A stretch of 64,000 nucleotides of DNA from the NCBI GenBank assembly GCA_002269645.1, contig NIVC01001334.1:247910-311909 (forward strand). Reading direction: 5' to 3'. Under the pieces are notes generated by a model. It was given only the letters and a program-made list of their open reading frames with translations. It did not search any database and had not been told where the DNA came from. Source of the stretch: Macrostomum lignano (taxonomy: Eukaryota). Of this stretch, positions 24,130 to 36,244 are shown one piece after another (the stretch's first letter is position 1; every line of letters starts with the position of its first letter). The position numbers and the translations under genes are program-made.

Positions 24130-24747
24130 GTCTTTTAGTTTTCCTGACGTTGAAAAGATTTAATTAAAAAATTATACTCTATGAAAATTCAAACCATCGT
24201 CGCTGCATTTAGCAGTTTAGTTTGTTCACCTCTAGGCTAGCTCTCATCGTTTTGATAACATCAACTTTTGCACTTATATAATTCAACACTTTAAAATCCA
24301 AGCATAGAGTAAATCACACGAAGCAGTTATGACATAATCAGTTTTTCAGTCAGTCGGTATCAGTTATCAATATGGTTACGCAATTTAAATCAAGTCTGGT
24401 GCTACGCTTTCACACTGCATTTCCAATTCAAGTCGGAGTTACAATTCAGTTATGATGCAATCTATTTCAGAATCAGAATTCAACCAGTCAGTTTTTTCTC
24501 TAGCATTCTTACAATGCATTTCAAGTCGAAAAGTTTGTTTGACCTTTGCAAAAAAGCATGTTTTTCGAATATTTAATGCCTTTAGCATCGAGCAATTTCT
24601 TAGCCACGATGCATGTACCGTCACGGGAAAATTTCTGATCAAACAGTGCAAGTTCGAACAAAATCGGTCCAGCCATTTTTTCTCTAATCGATCACATAGA
24701 TAGATAGATAGATAGACACAGACAGACCATTTTTAGTATATAGGACT
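24130..24747 (+). mobile_element. Probable non-autonomous Helitron/Helentron-like element ending in a GATA/GACA microsatellite plus CCATTTTTAGTATATAGGACT
   Basis: The same terminal sequence recurs inverted at 47576-47615; the AAATCGGTCCAGCC...(GAYA)n...TATATAG layout resembles invertebrate Helitron-type MITEs. Left boundary uncertain. Confidence 0.4.
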
Positions 24748-26577
24748 TAAGACTTATTTAAACTACTATCAAATGAGCCATCAAAATCATATAGTCAAAT
24801 ACAAGGAATCAAATTAAATGAGCCTTTATAGGCCAGGGAAATATTCTTGATCACGCATGTACATTATGTACTGTGTACAATGTAACAGTGTACATTTAGT
24901 TCTATGATCAGTGATCTCATGTACATTATGTATATGTGTGTATACTGCATGAATGAAAGTAGAGATATATATATACATACATGTGCTTACACTGAAAATT
25001 GAGAACTCCTGCAATGCTTTTACTGCAGCTTAACTTTATAAACAGGGGCAAACTCTACTAGAGAGTTGATGAATGGTGAACTAATAAATAAACACTTACA
25101 TTTGTAACATTTTTATCTATTGAAGTTGTCATATTTAAATGTTTAAGTCTTCCAGATCTGTTTAAGTCGTCATTATCATATGACGATTTCAGCTGCACCT
25201 GTCAGATTGGTGACAAGACATTTTAGTGAAAAACATTTCAATGACAAGTTTAAATACTTTAGTGACAAGTTCAGATGCTTTGGTGTCAATTTTTGTTTAG
25301 GCCTAGTTAGTTATAGCCTCAGTTGAATCAGTGATATCACTGTTTATATATTCAATTGTGTATAAAAAAATTATAGTTTTATAGTTTAATTTTTAGGTTG
25401 GCCTTTTGAATTTCTCCTTAAAAGCAACATGGTCATGATTCAAATTCATTCAATTGAATAGGCCTACAACAATTGTACTAGATTATAATCATCATAATGG
25501 AACCGTCCATACATGCACATGTAGTAAAAAATAAAAACCTCCTATGTCTTATATATGACTAACTAAATAGGCCTCGGCCTGGTAATTACTATAGCAGCAG
25601 GCAGTAGCCTAGCTGCTAGTCCTAGAATGGCGTATTTAAAAAAAAACTTCCTCCTAAATTTACCAAAAACAAGGCTTCCCGCTCTTCTCTTTGAGTAGTA
25701 CTTGGTTGACACTATTTTAAACCATCTGCACCCAAGAACCAAAAGATTTATGTATGGGAATTGAAAATTATTAGAAATTATAGACTTCCAAGACTGGTTT
25801 GGATTTTGCAAAATTACGGCAAACTATTCCTAGAAACAACCAAACTTGGAGTATAGAAAAAAAAACTTCAAAAACCTTTATCTCTGTTATTTAGGCCCTC
25901 GCTGTTCTTTAGGCCGAGTTAATAATATTTGACCCTTTTTTGCTTTTAACATTTTAAAGATGTAAAAGCGTTGCAAGTTTGTTATAATGGCTTAATAAAG
26001 TAAAACAAAAGCTTGCGTTTTTTACATTTATTGTCATAGCACATGCAATAAATTACTTCTGCTGTTCTTCAAAGTTTTTTAATCGCTTTAATTCTTAAAC
26101 AATTTACAAAAAGATTAATCATTGAGTGCGTTACAGCAAAATTATGATGTACTTTTATGCTTTAAATGGAAAGATTAAAAGCATGCAGCTTGCGCGTGAC
26201 AACGGTAGCCTAAGGGCACTGACGGAATGCCTAACATTTCCATTTTTCCACAGATCCACGGTTCGATCGTCCACAGTTATTTAAACATGGCCTATATAAG
26301 CTAACTGTTAGGGAATTTTTTTGCAGAATATTTTCACTTCTGAGTGATACTAGCCACTAGGCCTATGATACTGATCTAGCTAGTCTCTATAGAAAACATT
26401 GGGACCTAATAAATATTTTTTGCATTAATTCTCATGACTCCTGTCACCAGCTAGTCTCACCATGCATAAGGCTTGTGTATTTTTTTATTTTGTTGTTTTG
26501 CCCTATTTTTTACTTTTACTTAGGCCCTTAGCCGTTAGGGACATTAGGGTCTATGAGTTATGACATCAGTAGGCCCT

Positions 26578-26803
26578 ACCTGTATAACTTTCGCCGACAC
26601 ATTTTCAGACAGATCTTCTGACACTTTTACGACACCTAAAATGTCAGAAAGTGTCGGAAAAATTGTTGTAACAGTTAACTTTCACCAACACTTTTTCAGA
26701 CAGATCTTCCAACATTTTTATGACACTTTTTCTGACATTTTAGGTGTCGTAAAAAAGTGTCAGAAGATCTGTCTGAAAATGTGTTGGGGAAAGTTATACA
26801 GGT
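26578..26803. mobile_element. 226-bp MULE-type foldback MITE
   Basis: ~80-bp TIRs (ACCTGTATAACTTTC...GAAAGTTATACAGGT) with exact 9-bp TSD GTAGGCCCT at 26569-26577 and 26804-26812. Confidence 0.85.
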
Positions 26804-27343
26804 GTAGGCCCTAGGCTAGACAGGCTAGGCTAGGGCCTAATCTGTTCTATTTTATACTGTTTTAGTCATAGACATAGGCCTCCCATACTCATAATTAGCC
26901 ATTTCTAGCTGTAGGCTATTATAGGCCTAGTGGTCTAGCCTAGACCCTAGATTAGAGGCCCACAAATCAGCTTTTAGGTTTCATTAAATGTTTAGATAAT
27001 TCAGAATTTTTTTAGAATTTAGGGCTGCTATACTTTAGCAATTTATCTATAGGGCATACTCTAGATCTAGATCATGTTAAGTCATTGAGTTTCATTAGGC
27101 CTAGGCCCTAACTATTCTCTATATTAGATATAGCCTACTATAATGATACTAGATATATAATATAGTATATATTATATTAGATTCTCTATGGCTATGCATA
27201 CAATGGCCTACAAGAATAAAATGATTAATCAAAAAGTAGACCTATACAAACTATTCTGGCAAAAGTTACTTTGCCAAAAACTTTTTGCCAAAAGCCTATT
27301 CAAGGCTTTTTATGAAAATTGGTTCTAGAACCAGAATTGGTAG

Positions 27344-28216
27344 CAGTGGTATTAGCCTGGCATGAATTTGCGCCAAGCGCGAATTTTGTGTTCAATGGTG
27401 CGAATGTGCAATTTTCAAGGTATGGCATGAATTTCATTTAAGCTTATAGTGCAAAAAATTAGACATTGATTCTGCTAGGGCTAGGCGAGCAAGCCCTACA
27501 CTAGCCTAGAGAAGTCAATGATGACCACTAAAGAGCTAATCAGGCAGAAGCAAATAGAGAAGGAAAATGCCAAACAACTTCTGTTGGAAATGACTAGGTC
27601 AAAAGAAGACCAAGACAGAGAATTGGCAAAATTGCAGTAGTAGCAGGAAAAGCTTCACAAAAAGAAGATGAAGGAAGCCAAGAAGATTGCCAAGAACATT
27701 CTAAAGCAAAAGGCTATTGAAAAAGGGCTTTCAAAACCTCTGCCAAAAACTATTACTGACAAAAGGTTCTATCAAAATTGACCATTTAAAGCTTCCTAGC
27801 TCCTGCTTAGTGTTTCCTAGCTTGCTCCTGTTGAATTATACCAGTTTCTCATACATTTTTTTCTAAGTTAGTGTTTCCAAGATCTTAAATCATGTTGTTT
27901 GCTACTGGAACTTTTATTTATTTTTCTAGCCACTTCTCATAACTCATGTGCTAGTTAGACTATCAATGTAGTTTATATATTCCTATGCAGTTCAATTGTC
28001 AAAATCAAACATATTTTTACTATTGCCATTAACATTGAGCACTATACATTTTCAAATTTGCTTAATTGAACATCTCTGGAAAATATTTCTAAGAACTTGT
28101 TTTGCCTAATGATTTTTTTATGCTAGGCCCTATACTAACTGCAAGCGCAAAAAAGTATGCAAGCACAAAAAAAAATTTAAGGTGCGAAAAAATGGGCACC
28201 CCCGCTAACACCACTG
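27344..28216. mobile_element. 873-bp non-autonomous hAT-type element
   Basis: TIRs CAGTGGTATTAGC / GCTAACACCACTG (12 of 13 match) with exact 8-bp TSD ATTGGTAG at 27336-27343 and 28217-28224. Confidence 0.88.
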
Positions 28217-31181
28217 ATTGGTAGGCCTAGGCCTAGAAAAATGAAAAGTTTCAAACCCATTTTAGGTTTGTTTGTCATTATAATTTAATTTTGTCTTTCC
28301 TTGACTTTGTTTTGTCTTGGATATAACAAAAAACATTATTGATATATCAATAGTAAAAAATTGACAATTTCAAATATATTTTATTGTTAAAGTATAAACA
28401 TGACAATGGATTAAAAAAATTCTCAAACCAAATTCCAGATTTAGATCATGGTTCTAGAACCAATTCTGAAAACAAAACAGATAATATGAAAAGCTTCAAA
28501 CTAATTTTGGTTCTGGAATCAGTAATATGAAAAGCCCAGGCCTAATTGATATCTGATGTCATAGTGTTAGATCTAAGCAATATATAGGCCTAGTTGACTG
28601 CCATAGTTTGGATTGTATATCATTAGTGTACCTAGGTGTTAGAACTATGTTGGTTCTAATGGAAGAGAAAGTACAAAACCTTGCTTGTATACTGGGACTA
28701 AAAAATGTCATTGATACAATGTTTCCACTGTGTTATATACCCCAAGAAATATACTAATATACATTGAAAAAAGGCAAGTACCTTTGTTGTATACTAGGAA
28801 ATCCCAGTATACATTTTGCCTTCCAAACTATAAGTTCACTATTGAAGGTCCTGTCCTGAGCTTAATTTTTTCAATTGGCATTTTTGATAATTTTTATTGC
28901 AATATGCCTATATACTAATTGCAGAATATTTATTTCTTATATAGCTGATTTTCTGCATGCAATAGAACAATTTTTATTTTTATTTGATATTTTAACATTT
29001 CAATATTTCAACCTTCAATGCATTTTAGCCCCATTTATTAACTTTCTTTTATTTGTTCATTAGATTTCATAAATTGCTTTATTTTTTAACCATTAATTAA
29101 TGTTTATGTATATAAAACTTTGGCAAAACAACCTGCTTTTGACAAATTGACTTTTGGCAAATCAACTTTCAGCAAATTGACTTGCTAACTGCATGCTTAG
29201 AATGCTTACCAAATCAAATTTATGCCAGAAACTAGTAACGTCTAGCCTAAATGATATCTTCCAAAGTATGGCAAGTCATAAATAAATATATATTAATTAA
29301 AAGGGGCTTTAACAAAATTTTGAAAGCTATATTATTAATAGTAGCTAGTTTGCCTATTAGCCTACTATTAGTATTAAGTATTCAATTTCATAAGTCTTAG
29401 TTGCATAAATAAGAAGCTGCATACATAAGACATACATAAGATACATACATGCGCAACCCCCCTGATTTACACTGGCCATGCGACTTACTTTTTGACCAAA
29501 AATGCGACTTACCTGTGAAAGAAACCCTAGAGCAACATTAATGCAATTTTGGGTAAACGGCAGGAGTAGCATGTCTTAAAAGGGCTAAATGCCTCGTCAT
29601 CTAATTAGTACTACGTCCGTATTCTTTGGGTGGGCATTTTTGCGACTTACCCCTGGTCCACCACAATTTACGGTGGCCAGATCGGCCAGCAGTTGCGCAT
29701 GTATGCATAAGATATGTAATATATAATTTATGAACTTTTTAGGTTATGTTGTTATTGCTATAATAGAAAGGTATGCAATAGAAAGTTAGCATAAATATTC
29801 ACCAATTTTTTGTCTGCATTGCTCCATTCCAGTGCAGCAAAATTGCTGGTGGGGGGGTTTCCATATCATAACAAGCATAGGTTTTAAGAAATAATTAGCA
29901 TAAAAATTCAGCTGCCTTCATAGTTAGAAAAAATCTCAGTTATTTTTATTTATTTTTTTGTTTATTCAAATTATAAATTAAATATTTTCACTACTTTCTA
30001 CTCATGTTAGTAGGTTATGCTGTAATGCAATCTATTTTTGCTGAATTATCCATTACAAACCAACTTGAATACATTGCATGTGGAGGCCACACCTAAGATT
30101 TTAATTAAAGATTTGAATTAGATTTTGCTAACTGGCTAATTGGTTGTCACAATGTCTGTCCTGCGGAGATCCTACTCAAGCATTAATCTGTACCGGCTCA
30201 ACTCTGCCACCAATGTGAGTGTTTAGTAAACCTGGTCTTTTATGTGTAAGCCATTTTTTCAAGTGAATGACATGGCATGTTTGCTCCTACGTGTATTTGC
30301 TAACTATAATAACTGGATTGGCTTTTAGTTTAGCAGAAAGCTTCATAAAAAGCATTTTAAAAATATGTTTAAAGACAAGACAACACAAGGTACTCCAGTC
30401 TAATGGCTTTTAGAATTATGCTCATATTGATGCTAACCAAATTGATGCCTGTTGGACCAAATTACTTTAGCAAGCAAATATCGGATTCAATGCTTGTAGG
30501 CCCAAATGGGCTGCAAAAAGCCGTTGTATCTGAGATAGAGCCTAAATACTGTTGTCATGGCGACCGTGACTGCTAGCTGATACTTGGAGCTTTTGAGTCG
30601 TGCTGTGAATAATTGCATCGAATTCAGAAGCACTCACAACACTGTTAATTAAATTGAGCGAAAATAGCAAATTCTAAATTTCTAATCATTTTCTAAAAGC
30701 GAAAGCACTATTTGCGAATTGCCTGTTTCACTTGCCATTTTCCTGCTTGTTCTGCTTGGCTGCCAAACATATTTGGATAATTGGAATTTCTGTCTGGCTC
30801 CCCGAATTCAAATCTGCACCTATTTAGACATTCTGCGAGGCAGCTGGACCGGCTCTGTTTGCTTGAACTTTTATTATAGTCAGAGCCGACTCAAGTCCAT
30901 TCAGAGAATTCCGCTTCTATAAGCTGGGACCGAGCCGAATCTAAGATGGAAAAGATCGCGAATTAGGGGAAGGGTGGTGGGGCAGAGTTGCGGTTGCCTG
31001 CTGCTGATAAATCAAACTCGCCCAGCCTCCTTCCTCCATCTGTAGAGCGGAACCTCATTTGAATTTGAAAAAAAATAGGGCTTAAGAAATTGAGCCGCGG
31101 GTTTTTGGAGTAGCACAGCTCGGGATTTAGTTGCTGTCGGTTGCGTTGCAGTTGGCAAATTGGCCGCGAATTACTGGAATT

Positions 31182-31345
31182 GGCTCTGTAGCTCAGCGAA
31201 TTGACGTGTCCAGGGGGCCTTGGTTCGATTCTCAGTCTGAAGTAAATTAGGCCTGGGAATTTGTGCAAGTCTCGCCCATGAGGGCCGACCCGCGCAAGGC
31301 GATGGTACGGCGGTACCTCCAGTGTCAGCGTGTGCCTTGCTGGCT
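31182..31345 (+). mobile_element. tRNA-derived SINE-like element
   Basis: GGCTCTGTAGCTCAGCG (A-box-like) and GGTTCGATTC (B box), but no complete cloverleaf or anticodon arm; followed by a GC-rich body. Confidence 0.55.
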
Positions 31346-31449
31346 GCGGGTCGGCTGTCACCTTTGATTTGCGGCAGAGCCCAGAGCCCCCCTCCCACTG
31401 CTACAAAATAACAATAACCGTACTAGTAACTGGCATGGCGGATCGTCTC

Positions 31450-32490
31450 TTTCTAAGAATCAAATGTGTCATAATGGCATCTTCTCATTTCTAGAAATAA
31501 AATGTGTCATAATAACGTATTCTCATTTCTAAGAATCGAATGTGTCACAATAGCGTCTCCTCAATTCTTAGAATCAAATGTGTCATAATGGCATCTTCTC
31601 ATTTCTAGAAATAAAATGTGTCATAATGGCGTCTTCTCATTTCTAAGAATCGAATGTGTCACAATGGCGTCTTCTCATTTTTAGAAATAAAATGTGTCAT
31701 AATGGCGTCTTCTCATTTCTAAAAATCAAATGTGTCCCAATGGTGTCATTTCTAAGAATCGAATGTGTCACAATGGCGTCTTCTCATTTTTAGAAATAAA
31801 ATGTGTCATAATGGCGTCTTCTCATTTCTAAAAAATCAAATGTGTCCCAATGGTGTCATTTCTAAGAATCGAATGTGTCACAATGGCGTCTTCTCATTTT
31901 TAGAAATAAAATGTGTCATAATGGCGTCTTATTTCTAAAAATCAAATGTGTCCCAATGGTGTCATTTCTAAGAATCAAATGTCACAATGGCGTCTCATTT
32001 CTAGGAATCAAATGTGTCACAATGGCGTCTCATTTCTAAGAATCAAATTTGTCATAATGGTGTCTCATTTCTAAGAATCAAATGTGTCACAATGGCGTCT
32101 CATTTCTAAGAATCAAATTTGTCATAATGGTGTCTCATTTCTAAGAATCAAATGTGTCCCAATGGTGTCATTTTTAAGAATCAAAGGTGTCACAATGGCG
32201 TCATTTCTAGGAATGAAATGCGTCACAATGGCGCCTCATTTCTAGGAATCAAATGTGTCCCAATGGTGTCATTTCTAAGAATCAAATGTGTCCCAATGGT
32301 GTCATTTCTAGGAATCAAATGTGTCCCAATGGTGTCATTTCTAAGAATCAAATGTGTCCCAATGGTGTCATTTCTAGGAATCAAATGTGTCCCAATGGTG
32401 TCATTTCTAAGAATCAAATGTGTCCCAATGGTGTCATTTCTAGGAATCAAATGTGTCATAATGGTGTCTCATTATAAGAATCAAATATGT
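31450..32490. repeat. 30-35-bp minisatellite (CATTTCTAAGAATCAAATGTGTCACAATGGCGTCT variants)
   Basis: Direct inspection. Confidence 0.92.
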
Positions 32491-32550
32491 CGCAATGAAG
32501 CTTTATCTTTGGCAATTAAAATCCCCCGAATATAACTTGTCGCTCCTCAG

Positions 32551-32781
32551 TCACTCCGCCTGGAGCAGCCTGCTCAGTCCTCACGCCGACAATCCAGCGC
32601 CGGAGACAGCGGAGCCGGTGGCGGCGCAGGCAGCGGCAGCGGCGACAACCGCACAGGCGGATCGGTGGCCACCGGAGCCCTGGTGCTGCTGGCCTTGGCC
32701 GGAGTCACCTTGTCCAGCTTCTCAGCCGGTCAGCTGATGCAGAGCTGCCGCTCCGGAGCGGGCAAGAACGATCGCTGGTGA
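32551..32781 (+). CDS. Possible terminal coding exon (Gly/Ser linker plus hydrophobic C-terminal segment); upstream exons not located
   Basis: Acceptor CTCCTCAG at 32550; GC-rich frame SLRLEQ..GDSGAGGGAGSGSGDNRTGGSVATGALVLLALAGVTLSSF..RW*; AT-rich 3' region with AATAAA near 33197. Confidence 0.35.
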   Translation, partial: SLRLEQPAQSSRRQSSAGDSGAGGGAGSGSGDNRTGGSVATGALVLLALAGVTLSSFSAGQLMQSCRSGAGKNDRW

Positions 32782-33369
32782 CCAGGGAAGGGGGGTTCTG
32801 ACCGACCGCTGTCATGCCTTGGATGCTGGCCAGCACAATTCTCTCATTTAGCCCGCGCTACACTGCTAGCGTTTACTTTTAGGCATGCTGTGTGCGGTTA
32901 CTGATTTTTAATATTGAGTAAATTTTTATTTTTATTTTCTCTGTCTTATCATCTGCATTGCCCTCCCACCCCCCCCCACTGTCTCGTGAGTGTGCGCGTG
33001 AGGCATTGTTAATTTTGCGTTTAATCAGATATACTTAACTGTGTTTTAACTATTATATAACATATAAATAATAATTATATTACAAGCTGCGTTTTGTGCC
33101 GTTATAAAACCTCTTTGCTATTCTTGTAGTCAGCGCAGTGCACCGCAATTTACTTTGAACTCTTAACTGTCACCCAGTGTGTTCGCAAACCAATATTAAA
33201 TAAATTAGAAATACTTAAATCTTAGGCTAAGCTAGCTAGATGACTGCACCCGGCCTTCATCTGCACCCGGTAACTGACTGTCTTCGCAGTCTTTGTGAGA
33301 GTCTCTGAAGTCTTTGTTCGACAAATGTTCCATTGTTGCGTTATTCTTTTCTGCCTTGGCCACCCATCG

Positions 33370-33735
33370 CCAGCCCCTCAGATCCTCAGTTGCTGGGCCA
33401 GCCTCCCAGATCCTCAGTTGCTGGGCCAGCCTCCCAGATCCTCAGTTGCTGGGCCAGCCTCCCGGATCCTCAGTTGCTGGGCCAGCCTCCCCAGAGTCTG
33501 AGTTGCTGAGTCAGCCTCCCAGATCCTTAGTTGCTGGGCCAGTCTCCCGAATCCCCTCAGTTGCTGGGCCAGCCTCCCAGATCCTCAGTTGCTGGGCCAG
33601 CCTCCCAGATCCTCAGTTGCTGGGCCAGCCTCCCAGATCCCCAGTTGCTGGGCCAGCCTCCCAGATCCTCAGTTGCTGGGCCAGCCTCCCAGATCCCCAG
33701 TTGCTGGGCCAGCCTCCCAGATCCTCAGTTGCTGG
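33370..33735. repeat. 28-bp minisatellite (CAGTTGCTGGGCCAGCCTCCCAGATCCT)
   Basis: ~13 copies. Confidence 0.93.
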
Positions 33736-34464
33736 GGAAATCTACTGTTGAGGAGAAAAATTGCTGCATTTGACTCAGTCTGAGTACAGAATCAGTGTGA
33801 GTCCTTGTCATTTCTGTCTCGCCTCCTATGCACTCGTTCTGATTGGCTGCCACCTGCCAGTCGCTGCCAGCCAGTGCGGATTCTGAGGCGCCCGCTCCGA
33901 GAAATCCCAGAAAACTGCCGCCTATTTTTACGTGAGTGGGGGTGGGCAGTCGCTTCAATCAAATTTTTTTCGGTCAGTTCGTCCCAGCTACAGCTCTATC
34001 AGGTAAGTGGTAATTAAAGCTTACGGACTGGGATGTCTTTCAATTCGACTCTCTTCAGCTGCATCTCCGCCAGCTGTGGCACCCGATTAACACTGTCTTG
34101 ATTACACATCCCTGACTTGTGTACGAGGCAATTTTGCCTAAATTGCGCTGCATTACGCGGCCAATTCGCACCTGCGCAGGGTCTCTATCGCTGTGATTGC
34201 AAGCCTGAGCTGGGGCCGCTCGAGAGGTGCTGCTCATTGCATTACGTGTATCAGCTTTGCTCCCCACCTGCCCCTCTCGCTGTCGCTGCTGACGGAGCTC
34301 AAGGTGATCGAGCTCATCCAGATTATCGACTGGGCTTGTCTACGGGGATTAACATGGATTATCTTGTCCGTTGACTGGTTTAAATGGGTATGCGTGCCGT
34401 GATTTCCTTCGTATATTCCCTGCATCTTTCTTCTTCAGCTGCTGCCCCATCACTGCTCTCCCAT

Positions 34465-35280
34465 ACCACGCCTCTCCCACCTCTACCACGCCTCTCTCAC
34501 CTCTCTCGCCTCTCCACATCTCCCACCTCTCACGTCTCACCACCACCTCTATCCCACCTCTCCCCCACATCACCCACCTCTCCCACTCCTCTCCCCCACC
34601 TCTCTCTCGCCTCTCCCGCCTCTCTCCCACGCCTCTCCTCCACATCTCCCACGCCTCACCCCACCTCTCCCACGCCTCACCCCCACCTCTCCCACGCCTC
34701 TCCCCCACCTATCCCACGCCTCACCCCCACCTCTCCCACGCCTCACCCCCATCTCTCCCACGCCCCTCCCCCACCTCTCCCACGCCTCACCCCCATATCT
34801 CCCACCTCTCCCACTCCTCTCCCCCTCCTCTCCCCACCTCTCCCACGCCTCACCCCCACCTCTCCCACGCCTCACTCCCACCTCTCCCACGCCTCACCCC
34901 CACCTCTCCCACGCCTCACCCCCACCTCTTCCACCCCTCACCTCTCCCACGCCTCAACCCCACCTCTCCCACGCCTCTCCCCCTCCTCTCCCCACCTCTC
35001 CCACGCCTCACCCCCACCTCTCCCACGCCTCACTCCCACCTCTCCCACGCCTCAACCCCACCTCTCCCACGCCTCACCCCCACCTCTTCCACCCCTCACC
35101 TCTCCCACGCCTCAACCCCACCTCTCCCACGCCTCACCCCCACCTCTCCCACGCCTCACCCCCATATCTCCCACCTCTCCCACTCCTCTCCCCACCTCTC
35201 TCGCCTCTCCCCGCTTCTCCCCCGCCTCTCCCCCATCTCTTTCCTACCTCTTCCTTCTCTCCCCCACCTCCCCCATTCGA
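34465..35280. repeat. C-rich degenerate ~21-bp minisatellite (CCCCACCTCTCCCACGCCTCA)
   Basis: Direct inspection; produces stop-free P/H/S/T-rich frames. Confidence 0.9.
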
Positions 35281-36244
35281 AAGCAGCTCCAACAGAATCG
35301 CCGCAAGCAACAAGACTTGCAACTTTAAATCCGAGCTATGAAACAGTCTCCGATCTAGCCTCATCACCTCAGCCCTGTCACCTAATCTCCCACCTCTCCT
35401 CACCTGTTCCCCACTGCTCTCCGGATTCTATTAGCCAAGTGCTTGATCATTCATGATATCGGTCTGATGTAATCTCTATAAACTGAATTTTTATTGCGCA
35501 ACTCAAGATGCAGAGGGAGTGGGTTTTTATCGCGCTTTTCCGCTTGGGCTCAGAGATTGCTGCTCTGTATATAGAATTAAGGCTGACGCCGGTAGTGCGT
35601 CTGTCCCAACCAGAGCATCTCCGCCGCGCAATGCCATGGCTGCCCCATACGGTCGTACGCACGAAACCAGTTATTCAAGCATCCACGATCGCTCTCCATC
35701 TCAGCTCTCTGCTGCTTCTGAAAGATTTATTACCGGATTTGGCTGCTCGGCATGCCGACTCGAACTCGATCGGGTCGTTGCAGTCCCAGACATATCCTCT
35801 CTTGGCCTTGCGGGAACGAGTTATTGTGCTAGGGGAGATTTCCTGATCCCCATCGGCTTAGGGATGCGAGCGCGCGGGTCTTACTAAGCATATTGTGAGC
35901 TCGGTCGGGCTCAGCCTCCTTCCTCTTCATCTCCTCGTTCGCTTATTAGTTAAGCAGCTGCATGGTACATGCAAGCCAGTGTGAACGGGTCCATGATTAT
36001 TCCATTCGAATGAAATTAGCGAATGGAACAAATGTTGAGGCCTGACCGAACATTTTGTCACGCCATTTTGCCCTTTCAGGAACTGATTGCATAGACTCAT
36101 ATGGGAAATTGAAAATCGAATTTAACAGAGAACTACTGAGGGAAAGACTTACAGGTGTGGCAAATGGCAGGTGTGGAAGGCCTGGGAATCATTAACAATG
36201 AGAGACCTAATGAGATTTGATGATGGAATGGACGAGTTAAAGAG

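Noticed and set aside
31182-31260. Possible tRNA gene
   Set aside because: No anticodon arm or acceptor-stem pairing could be built; treated as a SINE head.
34371-35456. 361-aa and 314-aa Pro/His/Ser/Thr-rich ORFs (mucin- or extensin-like)
   Set aside because: Two overlapping frames are open simply because the C-rich repeat cannot form stop codons.
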